From assembly GCA_951406725.2 (NCBI GenBank), contig OX597829.1, positions 23,374,001 to 23,438,000 of the forward strand: DNA of 64,000 nt, in the 5' to 3' direction. This document shows, one piece after another, positions 28,515-42,169 of this stretch. The stretch comes from Octopus vulgaris (lineage: Eukaryota). A model generated the notes under the pieces. The model was not told the DNA's origin and did not search any database. It saw nothing but the letters and a program-made list of their open reading frames with translations. The position numbers and the translations under genes were made by a program. Within the stretch, counting starts at the first letter, position 1. Each line of letters starts with the position of its first letter.

Positions 28515-28740
28515 CAGGATGGGCCAAAACTCATGCACCAAAACAGTTGACATTTCATTTATATTTCGGTGGTGGTGGTGGTGTTGGTATTATTATTATT
28601 TATTTTGCTCATCGTGTACAAGTATGTGTTTATTCATTGTTATTTAGTTTACTTTATTCAATTTTAGAAAAAAATGAAGCATGTCTTTGATAACTCTGGA
28701 CCATATTGAATTTATTTTGTATGTGAAATTTGGCCCACTG
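28515..28740. mobile_element. Tc1-like MITE
   Basis: TA|CAGGATGGGCCAAAA ... AATTTGGCCCACTG|TA. Confidence 0.55.
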
Positions 28741-29631
28741 TATTTGGTTATCAGGTACATATTTGGGTACCATTTGAATACAACTGTAAGAAAAGCTTGG
28801 GAATATCAGGGAAATACAAATATGCCAAAAGTCACGGTCTTTATTCATAAAAGATGACTGGTCAGTCATACTAGGAGGTAAACTTTTTATGTTTTGTGGG
28901 AGTTTTTTTTTTAATGGTAGCTTTACATTGCTTGAAATTCAGTTTCCTGGAGTGAAATAGATGTGAGGATGCATACCCTGAATAGGACATCAGTATATCA
29001 CAGGTATTGTAGAGTCTAAATGTTAGGGATCAAAAGTTGAGTAGGAATTTACTTCAGAAAATGTGGTTTTGGAAATAATTAGGAAATTTTACAAGGGAAA
29101 TAACTCAATCAGTTCTTTGCACAACTGAACAGAATGGAGGTAGAAGCAGATAAATTAAGGTTTTTTTTTTTGTTTGTTTATTTTTTATCTACGTTACCTT
29201 ATTCTTAAAATGGATGATATTAATCTTAGACAATTGTCTGATTGTTCATTTTATATATTCTATTATAATGCTTTCATTGCCATCCAGTTAAACAGTAACT
29301 AGTAGGGCTTTTTTTTAAATTTTTTATTTATATATTTATTTTGTATATATTTTTGTAACTCAGGTAGACTAATGCAAAATTCTTTAGTCCCAAGTCAGCT
29401 CTGATAGAGACATCATTCTATCAATGGCTATGTTATTTACTTAAAGATGGTCATGAAATAAAATTATAACTACATTAGCTAACAGGTCCTTGCCCTCCCA
29501 CCCCCACCCCCAAACGCGCCCCATTTCTTTTATAGTGATAGTAAAGATAGAGTTTGATTTGAGGTAAATTTAGGTGCTATTTCAAGTAGGTTGAGAGGAG
29601 AGAAAACTCATAGCCCAGGGGAAGAACACAG

Positions 29632-29654
29632 TGGTGGTGGTGGTGGTGGTTATG

Positions 29655-29702
<48 letters not shown>

Positions 29703-29766
29703 TGGTGGTGGCGGCGGTAGTAGTAGTAGTAGTAGTAGTAGTAGGGGTGGTGGTGGTGGTGGTAGT
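29632..29766. repeat. (GTG)n/(GTA)n compound microsatellite
   Basis: Direct reading. Confidence 0.95.
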
Positions 29767-30435
29767 ATCAGCATTTGAACTCATAGCCATGCTAGTAGTA
29801 GCTGTGCACTTTAATCATCTCAACAGAGCTCACAACACCTACCTGACATTAACTGCTCTACACTTACTTGTAACTCCTCCTCCTCCTCCTCCTACTGCTA
29901 CTCCTAAGCAATCGCTACTCTTCTCTTCAACAGAACCTGTCTTAGATATTCACAGACCATGAAAACAGTCATTCATTCATTCATTCATGCTGCCACTGCG
30001 GCTGCTGCTGCTGTCGTCATTGTCAACGATACTGCTGATGATGTATATCTATTCTTTCTCACTTCAGTTCCTGAAATGAAGGTTTACATTGACTTTGATC
30101 TCCCTAGAACTGTTGTTTAGTCCATGGTCAACACTGATCCAGTTGACCTATGACCTAAGGTGTTCCAGTTATGACTACCCCACCTGTTATTCAGACATAG
30201 TGTATCTAAAACTACATTACCTAATATGTCCATTGTTGCTTAGCCCCAGGTCAATCCTGATCCTGTAGACCTATAATCATGTTCCAGCCATGACCATCGC
30301 AGCTTTTATTCAGATATAGTATACCAAGAACTACAATATCCAACGTGTCCTTCAATTTTATAATGGTTGTATACAATCTAAGGTACATCTGGCTGCTATT
30401 TCCAACATTAAAACAATCACACTGAGGGTCCATCA

Positions 30436-30562
30436 TTCCTTTAGGGTTCCTTAAATCCTTAAAAATGTTTTAGCCCGAAGGCTGCAGCCATGCTGGGGCA
30501 CCACTGCTGAAAAATCAAGTTCCCATGCCGGGAATCGAATCCAGGCCGCCTGGGTGAAAGCC
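30436..30562 (-). pseudogene. tRNA-Glu(TTC) 3' fragment fused to a SINE tail
   Basis: Minus 30562-30520 reads GGCTTTCACCCAGGCGGCCTGGATTCGATTCCCGGCATGGGAA (anticodon arm to acceptor of tRNA-Glu), followed by the GGTGCCCCAGCATGGCTGCAG tail. 5' half is missing. Confidence 0.75.
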
Positions 30563-30809
30563 GTATATGTAGAACTACCTATCACTGCTTAAACTCTGAG
30601 ATTTTGTCTATCTAAAAGGCTTCTGTTCAGCTTCATTTTTATATATGGAAGATTAAATTTAGATCAAATAACATAATGTAGGTAACATTCACTTGACATA
30701 ATTTGATATCTAACGGCCGAGTAAGGCAGTAAACTGGCAAAACCATTTGCATGTCGGACAAAATGCATAGTGGTATTTCTTCCAGTTTTATGTTCTCAGT
30801 GATAATATG

Positions 30810-31050
30810 CATATGGCGTAGTGGTTATGAGCACGGGCTACTAACCCCAAGATTCCGAGTTCGATTCCAGGCAGTGACCTGAATAATAATAATAATAATA
30901 ATAACAACAACATCAAAAAATACCTAAGGAATGAGAACCCAGGTTTGAAATTTCCCCCAAGACACCTGATGAAGGCTAGCGGGTATATCAGCTGAAATCT
31001 TGTGTTAACAACAAACAAGATGAGAACAAATATCCTTCAAATGTAAATAA
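30810..31050 (+). mobile_element. tRNA-headed SINE with (AAT)n linker and Penelope-like, hammerhead-containing tail
   Basis: A box TGGCGTAGTGG (30814), B box GAGTTCGATTCC (30857), then GACAC-CTGATGA-A-GGCT..AGCT-GAAA-TCTT-GTGTT at 30961-31006. Confidence 0.65.
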
Positions 31051-33449
31051 TGCAATACTACTAAGGTTAATTCTGCTCCTCATTCTATTGGAAGTCAATA
31101 AAATAAGCCCCTAGTTGTACACTGGGGTTGATGTAATCAACAAGTCCTTCCCTCAAAAATTTCAGACCTTGTTCCTATATTAGAAAAGATATCTGAGAGC
31201 CAAGTGAACTGCTTAGAAAGACAAAATACCAGCAGTGGATTTGAACTTGCAAATTGAGCAAGCCTTCAACATATCATCCTCTGAGCCAATGTTAAGTACG
31301 TGTTAAACTTTATATTTTCTAATCGGCAAAATTTATGTCCCAACATATTACACTAAAAACTAGCAGTCAAAAAAAAAAAAATCTATCAAACCATCATTAT
31401 CAACAGCAGCAACATCAAAATATATCTAACGATTTATCTATAATGAGAAATAAAGTTTGACTGGATAGAATTGGACAAAATTTCCTTTGTTCAGTCCACT
31501 GCAGGATGAAGGCCTCAGCATGTTCTCTCTGCCCAATCATAGTTCAATGTGGAGGCCACACATTTGAGCTTGAGATCATACTAGTTTGATGAGTCTACTC
31601 TGCTACACTGGCTCGACATGGCTTGGTAGAGGAGTGCAGTTTTTCACACTAGATGTCAATTACATTGACCCCAGAGCACAACTGGTACTTATTTTGTTGA
31701 TCCTGAAAGGATGAAAGGCTAAGTGAACCTCAGCAGAATTTGAACTCAAAGGCAGACAAAATACCATTAAGCATTTTTCCCAGCATGCTAACAATTCTGC
31801 CAGTTTGCTGCCAATAATGTTTGACTAATTTACATAAAAATAAAAACAAACCAACAATTAGACTTACTAGACTTGCTAGAAACAGCAGTCAAATTACTCT
31901 CAAATCACATCATGGTGTCCCAAAATGAAAAGAACACATTAGATAATATAGCCCTTGACAAATAATATATCAAATAAAAGGCAGGATGATCATAGCTAGA
32001 ATATGGTCCTTTGATCTACTGGTTCAGAAATGACCAGGGGTTAAACAATAGCAAAAAGTAACTGACTATTACATTATTTTATAATTTATTTTTTCATGAA
32101 AACAAGTTCATTTAGATAAGTAAATATGTTCTTTAGGCCCAGGTCAGCCCCAATCACCCCTATTATGATCACAGTAATTCAGCTATGACTATCCAATTGC
32201 ATTTGCAGATAATGGCATCCAAGACTATATTATTCAATGTGCCCTTCCTTTTCTTCACATAGGCAGTTTGGGAGAAACTGAGGAACATAGTTATTATTTC
32301 TAACCAGTTGATTGTTCACTTGGAAATACCCCTTTAGCTTATGATGCACAACATTACTTTACTAACTCTCCTGGACAGAAAAGTGAATTACAAAACATTC
32401 TTTCAACGGGAATACTCTTCATAATTAGGTAGTCTAATAGTCAGAATAAAGTATCTGTAAATTAATTTTCTATAACAGTCCTTGCTTTGAACCACCAAAA
32501 CAACATATTTGGATAAATTCTGTTTGATTTCACAAAATTATCTGAATGAATCAGCGATGGCAACTGACTAAACACATACAACTTTGACTCATCATTGCAT
32601 CCAACCGACTGATAATTTTAAAGGGAGTGCTGACCGCATATTTATGTAATGGAAAGGTGGGTTCCAAATAATTAAACCCATCTTGTGATAGACTGACAGA
32701 GAGACACCATGATCCGTCTGCACCCTTTTACCTACATGTTGCTCATCAGATCTTTAACATGTAGTTTGTTGATAATAATAATAAATTGATTACTTCATCT
32801 TGGCACCAAATTTGATGCCAAAAGTGTATATAAGAAAAAAGAATTACATAAATATTATTAAATACGTGTATTTCATTATTATGCATATTTATTTATATAA
32901 TTTAAGGTCTGTAGGTTTTAACAACAGAGCATGATAGAAATGACGACGATGGTGTATGGTTGTTGTAAAGACAATAATTAACTGAAGCTTTTGATGTCTC
33001 AATTTCTTTTTTCTTTTATTTTTTCTGCAAATTGGATGTTTGTGCATGTGGATCATAGATTAGGCAGGCAAGTCTGGCAACTGCATGTGTTGCGTGTTTG
33101 TGTCTGTGGGAATGTGAGTTATCTCCAAAAACACGAGCACACCTCACGAGTTTTGCAGTAACACTGGACAATACCACCAATGAAGGAAAAACAAAAATAA
33201 GGCATTCCCTATTTTGTAAAATTACAGAATGTGAAATGATTTTCAAATGAAATGAGCTGTTCCTTTCATAATTAAAAATGTTGGCGATAAAAGTGATGGC
33301 GATGTTTGTGATGGAAGGAAGATGATGAAGTAACGATGCTGATGATGATGGTGGTGGTGGCATTGTAGTAGCGTCCGTAAAAATCGTGGTCACGATGATG
33401 ATGATATAAAATGATTACAATAAACTGACTGTCTGACAACGGAGGGAAG

Positions 33450-33585
33450 GATGGATAGATAGATAGATGGATAGATAGATGGATAGATAAATAGATGTAT
33501 AGATAAATAGATGGATAGATAGATAAATAGATGGATAGATAAATAGATGGATAGATAGATAGATAGATGGATAGATGGATAGATG

Positions 33586-33636
<51 letters not shown>
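33450..33636. repeat. (GATA)n/(GATG)n microsatellite
   Basis: Direct reading. Confidence 0.95.
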
Positions 33637-35092
33637 TTACACACACACACACTCACAGAGGCACTATTGGTATGATGTATTTGTTGCACAAATGTTGTGC
33701 AACAGTAGCTTGCTGCCTCCCAAGAGGAAGCCCAGCTCCCCCAACAGAATGACAAATTAGGTCCGACTATGTGCTAGTGAAGTCATTGATGGTTCTAAAT
33801 TATGTTTAACACACACAAAAGGAATGCCTTCAGTAGCCGCAATGCCGTTGGTTAACTAGTCTATTAACATGTATTAAGGTGTATTAAAACATGAAGCTAT
33901 TTTATAAAGAATGATAGAATGGAATTAAAGAAAACAATCCAGTTATTGCGGTTACTTCACAAACTATAAAGCAAACATACATTATCAAAACATTACATTT
34001 TTTTGTAAACCTATTTTATATATATATATATACATTATAAATTGCTATAGATATATAATGTATATAATATATATCACATATATTCAGAGAGAATTACATT
34101 GATGTTTAGTGAAGCGTAACAAATGATTCTGCTGTCATGGCTACATAATATTATATAGATGAATAACAAAGAAATGTTTAAATGTCATGAAAATGATAAA
34201 AGTCTGTTCATGTACTAGCTTATAACATATATAAATAAATAAATAAAACTGAAAATAATAACGAAAATAGTTATTAGCGATGTTGACAATTGTCAAGCGC
34301 GCCTTTTCTTAACAGGTGCTTTTTTTAAAAGACGCAACAATTCAAATGACGTTTGCGGGGATTTCTTTGTTATGCATGTCTAAACTGAATTTAAGTTATT
34401 TCTTTTTGGGATGAATTATAATTAGAATAAATATTAGAAATAAAACAAATATATATTGTCATTATTATTTCTGCTTTCTTTTAATTAACGTATTTTTTTA
34501 CTGTTATTGTTTCGTCCTAACTAAACCGAACTAAATTCCCACAATATTTCTTGCATTTTGTCATGATCTTTTTTTCCTATGTATTCCTTTCATCAAATTC
34601 TTGAACTTAAGATGCCAATAAAAGAAATCAGTTATTATGATTAATACTGGTAAACAGTATGAAAGCTGAATGAATTTTAGCGCGTAGTGTTATCGATTTA
34701 ATTTTAAATTATCTACAGGTAGAAACAGAGTATGCATCAAGTGTGAATTTTTATGCAAGTATAGACGTGGATATTCAAGAGTTTTATGTATCAATATTAC
34801 GTTTTTAAACAAAAGTTGTATAGACTCAGATCGGATCAGTTATTGTAGACATAATAATTAAAAGGCACTGACTATAGCCATAACTATTTCGCTTTTTCAT
34901 ACATAATATATCTAGGAGCACATTATCAAAAGTGTCCCTCTTTTTCATTCAAAAGGAGGAGGTGTAATATGAAGGAAAATTCGCTGCTGTTTCTAGCAGG
35001 AGGAGTGATTACGTACAGGCTTCCTTCATGTTTGCAGAACATGTTGAGTGTGGGTGTGTGTTTGTATACATAGAAATTAATGCTTTACATAC

Positions 35093-35498
35093 CTGCATCT
35101 TCTTCATCAATTTTCAAAGCTTTGGAAATATATTCAAAAGCTTTTCTATGGTGGTGTTTCTGCTTCGACAATGAAGGTTCACCAGGCCCCAGAGTAGTTC
35201 TTATCTTCCCTGATTCAGAATACGACATCATGAAAGCCTTTTCTTCATCTAAACATTTTTTCTTTGAAGCTTTCTCACATTTGTACGAAATGGATTTACG
35301 ACTTTTGCACACAAGCACGACTAAAACGAGCCATAACTGGGCAGCAACGGACCGTATTATGGCGAATAGAATTAATATTGGTGTTGCAAACAGTCGTACA
35401 TTCTGTCTATGGAATGAACGTTCACTTTTAGGCTGATTCTTTGAATGATTCTCGTGTCTTTTCCGGCCAAAAATCCTTCCACTACCACGGCGTTGCAT
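35093..35498 (-). CDS. SPAST: Spastin, first coding exon: N-terminal hydrophobic hairpin and start of MIT domain. Partial gene; exon spans about 35093-35556
   Basis: Translation MQRRGSG...[37 protein letters not shown]...[33 protein letters not shown] closely matches the invertebrate spastin motif [32 protein letters not shown] in AAAATG context at 35498, acceptor ttttttcAG before 35556, phase-1 donor CAG|GTATGT after 35093, equivalent to the end of human SPAST exon 1. Confidence 0.92.
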
Positions 35499-35515
35499 TT
35501 TATGGTGTCCGCCAT
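35372..35515 (-). promoter_or_regulatory. Out-of-frame upstream ORF (47 aa) overlapping the spastin start codon
   Basis: AGAATGG (strong Kozak) 17 nt upstream of spastin M1; open for 47 codons ([15 protein letters not shown]...LQHQY) to TAA ending at 35372. Confidence 0.6.
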
Positions 35516-35570
35516 TCTTTGAAGGGAGACAACTCGAGCACGGTCGCTTCAAGAAACTGAAAAAAACTTT

Positions 35571-36835
<1,265 letters not shown>

Positions 36836-37008
36836 GTAGAAGAAGAAGAAGAATTTTTTAATTAGACACAAACCAACAACTCACAATTTACAGTAAATGA
36901 CTAGTACTTTATTTTATCTCCACTTCCCCAAAAAGCAAAAGTTAATTCTGTGAAATTGTGTGTGTGTGTATGTATGTATGTATATGTGTGTGTATGTGTG
37001 TATGTATG

Positions 37009-37075
<67 letters not shown>

Positions 37076-38934
37076 TTGGTCAATTGTTTGTAAGTCCAAA
37101 ATAAGTGGCATGTAAGAATATATATATATATATATATAATTATAACACACACATATATATATAGGCACAGGAGTGACTATGTGGTAAGTAGCTTGCTTAC
37201 TGCACATGCATCGCTCTATTCGCTGTGTTGATTTTTGACCAGTCGGATGGAATTTTTTGTGTTGCTTGTCAGTGGGTGTTATACCGGTAGAGAGAATTTG
37301 GGGGTTGATCTTTAGAACTGGATGCCCTTCCTACCAGGTGTAGTTCATTGTGGCACCAACATTAGAGAGGTTGTCATGCTCTTGATCAGGCTAAAGGGTC
37401 CATTCAACACTACATTATTTTCTCTAGTTAGTCACCCATTTTATAAAATCAGTGACATGGTACAGTGAATAGAAGAAAGAGTGAATGGAGAGGGAGAGGG
37501 AAGAGAAAGGTGAGTGATGGAGAAAGGGAGAGAGAAAGAGATTGAGTGAGTGATAGTGATATGAATGATAAAGAGTTAAAAGGGTTTCAAAGAGCAGCAG
37601 ATAGAGACTTAACAAGGATACATTGTGTGAACGACAACCCTAATGTAGGTCACCTGGCATCCATCACTACCACCATTTTAATGTTTCGTTCCAATGTACC
37701 TACATAGGTGGGCAAATGTTCCCCAGTATCGCACATCATCAATTGTGAAGGATCTTTCTCATCTCCTTCCTGATGTTCAGCACCTTAAAGTCAGTTTTCA
37801 ACACTCCATGCCATGTCTTCTTAGCTTTCTCTCTTTCTCCTTCTATCTTTCACTCTCTCTCTCTCTCCCTTTCTCCTTTTCTCACTTGCTTGCACCCCTC
37901 CCTCTCACTCACTCTTTCTCTCTCTCCCACACTGCATCCAATATGAGTATGCTACACTTCTGTTTATAACTGTCATCTTCCATTCACTTCACATGCCTAT
38001 ACCAGTGCAGTCTTGCTATGGTATACACATTACAGTAATCTCTCACCATATCAGGGTTCACCTATCACGTACTCAGTACATCACAGTTTACCTATCACTC
38101 AGTCAGTACATCGGGGAATTTTCTGGCTAATATACATAAATTTATATCATGGGCTCCTCAGTATATCTGGCTTTCTGCAGCTGATAGATACTTATATTTT
38201 TTTAGATTTTAATTATTTCTGTGGAAGGTTTTGGAACATAACACCCATGATAGTCGAGGGATTACTGTACATCTAATTCATCTTTCATTCAGTTTTTTTT
38301 TTTCTTTTCGTCTATCAGCTCATTTGTGCCCTATTGTTCATGACACCAAAGTTAGATGTCCAATGAAGCATGATTGTGTTTTTTTCCTTCTGTTTTGTTT
38401 TCTAATTTTCACAACAAATTCTCTACATTAAACGCTTTGTATCTCTCAATTTGCAGAACTGAAATTTATACACAAACATCATATTGTTTCTGCTTTTCAC
38501 TTTCAGGAAATAATTCCCAGAACTCTTCTGACCCATTTTAACTCAGCCTACAAAGTTTTGGGTACATTCACCTCCACTACAAATTAAATCATCTACTTTA
38601 CAACAGCTATCAAGTACTTTGAAGGGATCAACCTTGTTTGAGAGAATCTATTTTGCATCTGCTCTTTTTACCTTTACTGCTCTTGACCATTTGCAGAATG
38701 CATAGTTTACTTTTTCTCTTACTCTATCTGTGAACCCACTGCATTTTTTATGTGACCGTAGTTTAACCATTTAGCAACTAGATTGTTTTATCAAAGGTAA
38801 TGCTTATTTATTCGTTGTTATTGTTGCTGCTGCTGCTGCTGCTGTTGTTGTTGTAATTATCGTTGTTCTTGTTGTTGGGCTGATGTGGCTGGTTTATGTG
38901 TGAAAGGGATAAATATATATATGTATATCCATAA

Positions 38935-39154
38935 GCCTTTAGCATTCAGATTACTCTGCCAAATGTAATCCTTATTTATTCCCATTGTTTGGAATTAATC
39001 ATGCATTATCTTGTAGCTTCAAGATTCTAGTAGTGTGTTTGTTTATTTTGAGAATGACCAAGTAGGGTAGGTGAGAGAAGTTGGATCTGGTCAGTTTTAA
39101 CATAAAACAGGTAGAATATTTGGGCCAGATATGGCTGGATTAAATTCTAATGGG
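38935..39154. mobile_element. piggyBac-like MITE, same family as 15969
   Basis: CCTTTAGCATTCAGATTACTCTG ... TAATGGG|TTAA. Confidence 0.75.
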
Positions 39155-39344
39155 TTAATCTCACAACATCCTATAGAATTCCTTTCTAATCTTCTTCTAC
39201 AAATCAATTTCCCTGAAAGTATCAGGTTACTATTTTCTCTCCTATTCATTAAAACTTTAGTATTAACTAACTTTTCTTTGAGGCTTCTCAACTCTACATT
39301 TTGTTTCCACATTTGAAATTTCTTCTCTAAATCTTTTTTCTGAC

Positions 39345-39642
39345 ACTGTCGAGCAAGGTCATTGCCAGTGCCACTGGACTGGCTCCCGTACAGGTGGCAC
39401 ATAAAAAGCACCATTTGAGCATGGCCATTGCCAGTACCGCCTGACTGGCCCTCGTGCTGGTGGCACGTAAAAGCACCCACTACACTCTCGGAGTGGTTAG
39501 CATAAGGAAGGGCATCCAGCTGTAGTAACTCTGCCAGATCAGATTGGAGCCTGGTGCAGCCATCTGGTTCACTAGTCCTCAGTCAAATCATCTAACCCAT
39601 GCTAGCATGGAAAGCGGACGTTAAACAATGATGATGATGATG
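39345..39642 (+). mobile_element. RTE-type 3' UTR fragment with (ATG)n tail
   Basis: Homologous to 6900-7140. Confidence 0.8.
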
Positions 39643-40045
39643 TCAGTTACAACGAGAAGGGTTCCAGTTGAATTACATGTACAACTCATTTTTACCAAAT
39701 GAGTTGAGTGGAGCAATGTGAAATAAAGTGTCTTGCCCAAGGAGACAACACACTGCTGGGTATCGAACTCATGACCTTACGATCATGAGCCGAATACCCT
39801 AACCACTAAGCTATGCACTTTCTCTAAGTCTACAACAGGTTCTATTCTAACTACTTGGCATTCCTCTCTGTTTGCCCACTTCCATCCAAATCAACCAAAC
39901 TTTTCTAACTTTTCTGTCTGCAGCACAACTCCACTAACACATCATCCTCAGTCTGGTTCAGACTTTGTACGACTTTGCCTTTCATCCTTTCAGGGTTGAT
40001 AAATTAAGTACCAGTTACGCACTGGGGTCGATGTAATCAACTTAA

Positions 40046-40264
40046 CCCTTTAGCATTCATATTAATTTGGCAAAAATAATCCTTATTTATTCACATTAAA
40101 AAATTTTATCTGATATTATTTTGTAGCTTCAAGACAGGAAAGATGTAATTGCTTATTTTTAGAATGACATTGCAGAGTAGGTGTGAGATGCTGGTTCTGG
40201 CCAGCTTGAGCATAAAATGTGTAGAATATTTGGGCCGGATACAGCCGGTTTAAACACTAAAGGG
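40046..40264. mobile_element. piggyBac-like MITE inserted at TTAA in a family B SINE (39960-40331)
   Basis: TTAA at 40042 and 40265; CCCTTTAGCATT / ACACTAAAGGG ends; the SINE resumes after the insert. Confidence 0.85.
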
Positions 40265-40379
40265 TTAATCCCTTTGTCTGTCCTTGTTTGTCCCCCTCTG
40301 TATTTAGCCCCTTGTGGGCAATAAAGAAATAAAACCTTGTTAATGAAAATGGTAGATAGAAACTGAAAGAAACTAATTA

Positions 40380-40476
40380 TGTGTGTGAGTGTATGTACAT
40401 ACGTATATATTTATGTTTGCATGTATGTATTATGTGTATGCATGTATGTATGTATGTATGTATGTATGTATGTATT

Positions 40477-40508
<32 letters not shown>

Positions 40509-40622
40509 TGTATGTATGTATGTATGTATGTATGTATGTATGTATGTATGTATGTATGTATGTATGTATGTATGTATGTATGTATGTATGTATGTATGTA
40601 TGTATGTATGTATGTATGTATG
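40380..40622. repeat. (GTAT)n microsatellite
   Basis: Direct reading. Confidence 0.95.
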
Positions 40623-40717
40623 TGTGGATGTACACAGTCAACAGGTGAGATTGAGAGATGTTCAACATTGAAAACACATAGTAGTGTTCAAATGATTTGA
40701 ACTTAAACTCTGTTATA

Positions 40718-40748
<31 letters not shown>

Positions 40749-40979
40749 CACGAGTGTGCATATGTGTGTATGCTTGTGTATGTGTGCATGTGTGTGTGTA
40801 TATGCACGTGTGTGTGTATATGCATGTGTGTGTGTGTGTGTGTGTCCACATGTGTGTCTGTGTTTTTGCTGCATTTGTCTCTTCTCCATCACTTGAAAAC
40901 CGGTGTTGGTTAGTTTACATCCCCACAACATGCCGATCCTGCAAAAGAGACCAGTACTTAAGATATATATTTATATAAA

Positions 40980-41011
<32 letters not shown>

Positions 41012-41059
41012 TAATAGTAATGGTAATATATTGATAGTAATAGTAATTATTCAGTTACC

Positions 41060-41175
41060 ATAATAAGACTCAGAGTTTCGGATGTTGGGGTGGAAAACTG
41101 CTCTGGCATCTCGATAACTGACGAGATGGCAGAGCAGTTTTCCGCCCTGACATCCAAAACTTGGAGTCTTATTAT
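41060..41175. mobile_element. About 115 bp foldback palindrome (MITE-like)
   Basis: About 53-bp arms TAATAAGACTC...GGCATCTCG / CGAGATGGC...GAGTCTTATTA around an 8-nt loop. Confidence 0.8.
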
Positions 41176-41195
41176 AGCAACCAAATAATTGTCAC

Positions 41196-41429
41196 ATATA
41201 TTACAGATATATACATAGAACGCCATGATAGACCGTTAGCTCCAACACGCATTTTTTTCTCTCCTTGTTTTTCTCCTTGTTTCTTTTCTGTGTATCTTTC
41301 TGTTGAAGAGCGTAGGCTCGAAACGTAAAAGACTTGTTCTATTTCTATTCCTGAGCACCATACTAATACATTTGTTTGTTTGTACTCCATCTGCCTTCGT
41401 CTTTTGTTTATTTTCGTAAACCTTCCTGT

Positions 41430-41430
<1 letters not shown>
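41196..41430 (+). mobile_element. Penelope-like pLTR fragment with minimal hammerhead motif (41295-41332)
   Basis: TCTTT-CTGTTGA-A-GAGC-GTAG-GCTC-GAAA-CGTA-AAAGA; sits in the (TA)n of a SINE. Confidence 0.7.
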
Positions 41431-41461
<31 letters not shown>

Positions 41462-42169
41462 TATAATAAATACTGGGGTTGATTCATTCGACTAAAATCT
41501 TTCAAGGCAGTGCCCCAGCATGGCCATAGTCCAATGACTGAAACAAGTTAAAAATGAAGGATAAAGAAAAAAAATATATTGTGAGCAAAGATTTGTCATA
41601 TTAAAGAGTAGTAGTGTACAAGGTTGGTAAGCCAATACTCATGACTCACTAATTCAAGGGTCCTGAGTTTTGTGCCACTACAGTTAATCGATCTGTATAT
41701 TCATATAAAAGTACCAGTCCATATATGACCACCATGTCTGCAGATTTCTTAGTATGGTATTTCGTGGGATGTTAGACAAGAAGAGGTCGCCAGCTTCCCT
41801 CCCCCCCCTGCATAACGCAATTCCATTTGTTGGAGGTAAGGAACATAGGGATAAATATCCCCCACCCCCCCACTATTCTCTTAGTGTAAAGAGACGCTTG
41901 ATAGGGGGAGGGGAGGGGGAGGGAGGAAGGAAAGGAGGAAAAAGGAAACAGAGCATACAAAGTGGCTCTCAATAGGAGAGTCCATTGTAATTGTAATGAA
42001 GTGGGGTGGGGTGGGGTGGGGTGGGGTGAGGTGGGGGAAAGGCCAACAGGGCGAGTGGGAGATCATAAATATTTAATCTGGTCGACCGGAAACAAAGATG
42101 GCTGAATTTATGAGTTTCATCAAGTATGGACTTGATTCAGCCCCTTGGTTGACCAATGGTTTAAACATA

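Noticed and set aside
28364-28690. Short overlapping ORFs on both strands
   Set aside because: They overlap a Tc1-like MITE and show no recognisable protein or splice support.
30520-30562. Functional tRNA-Glu gene
   Set aside because: The 5' acceptor strand and D arm are missing and it is fused to a SINE tail.
35080-35436. 118-aa plus-strand ORF
   Set aside because: Antisense shadow of the spastin exon.
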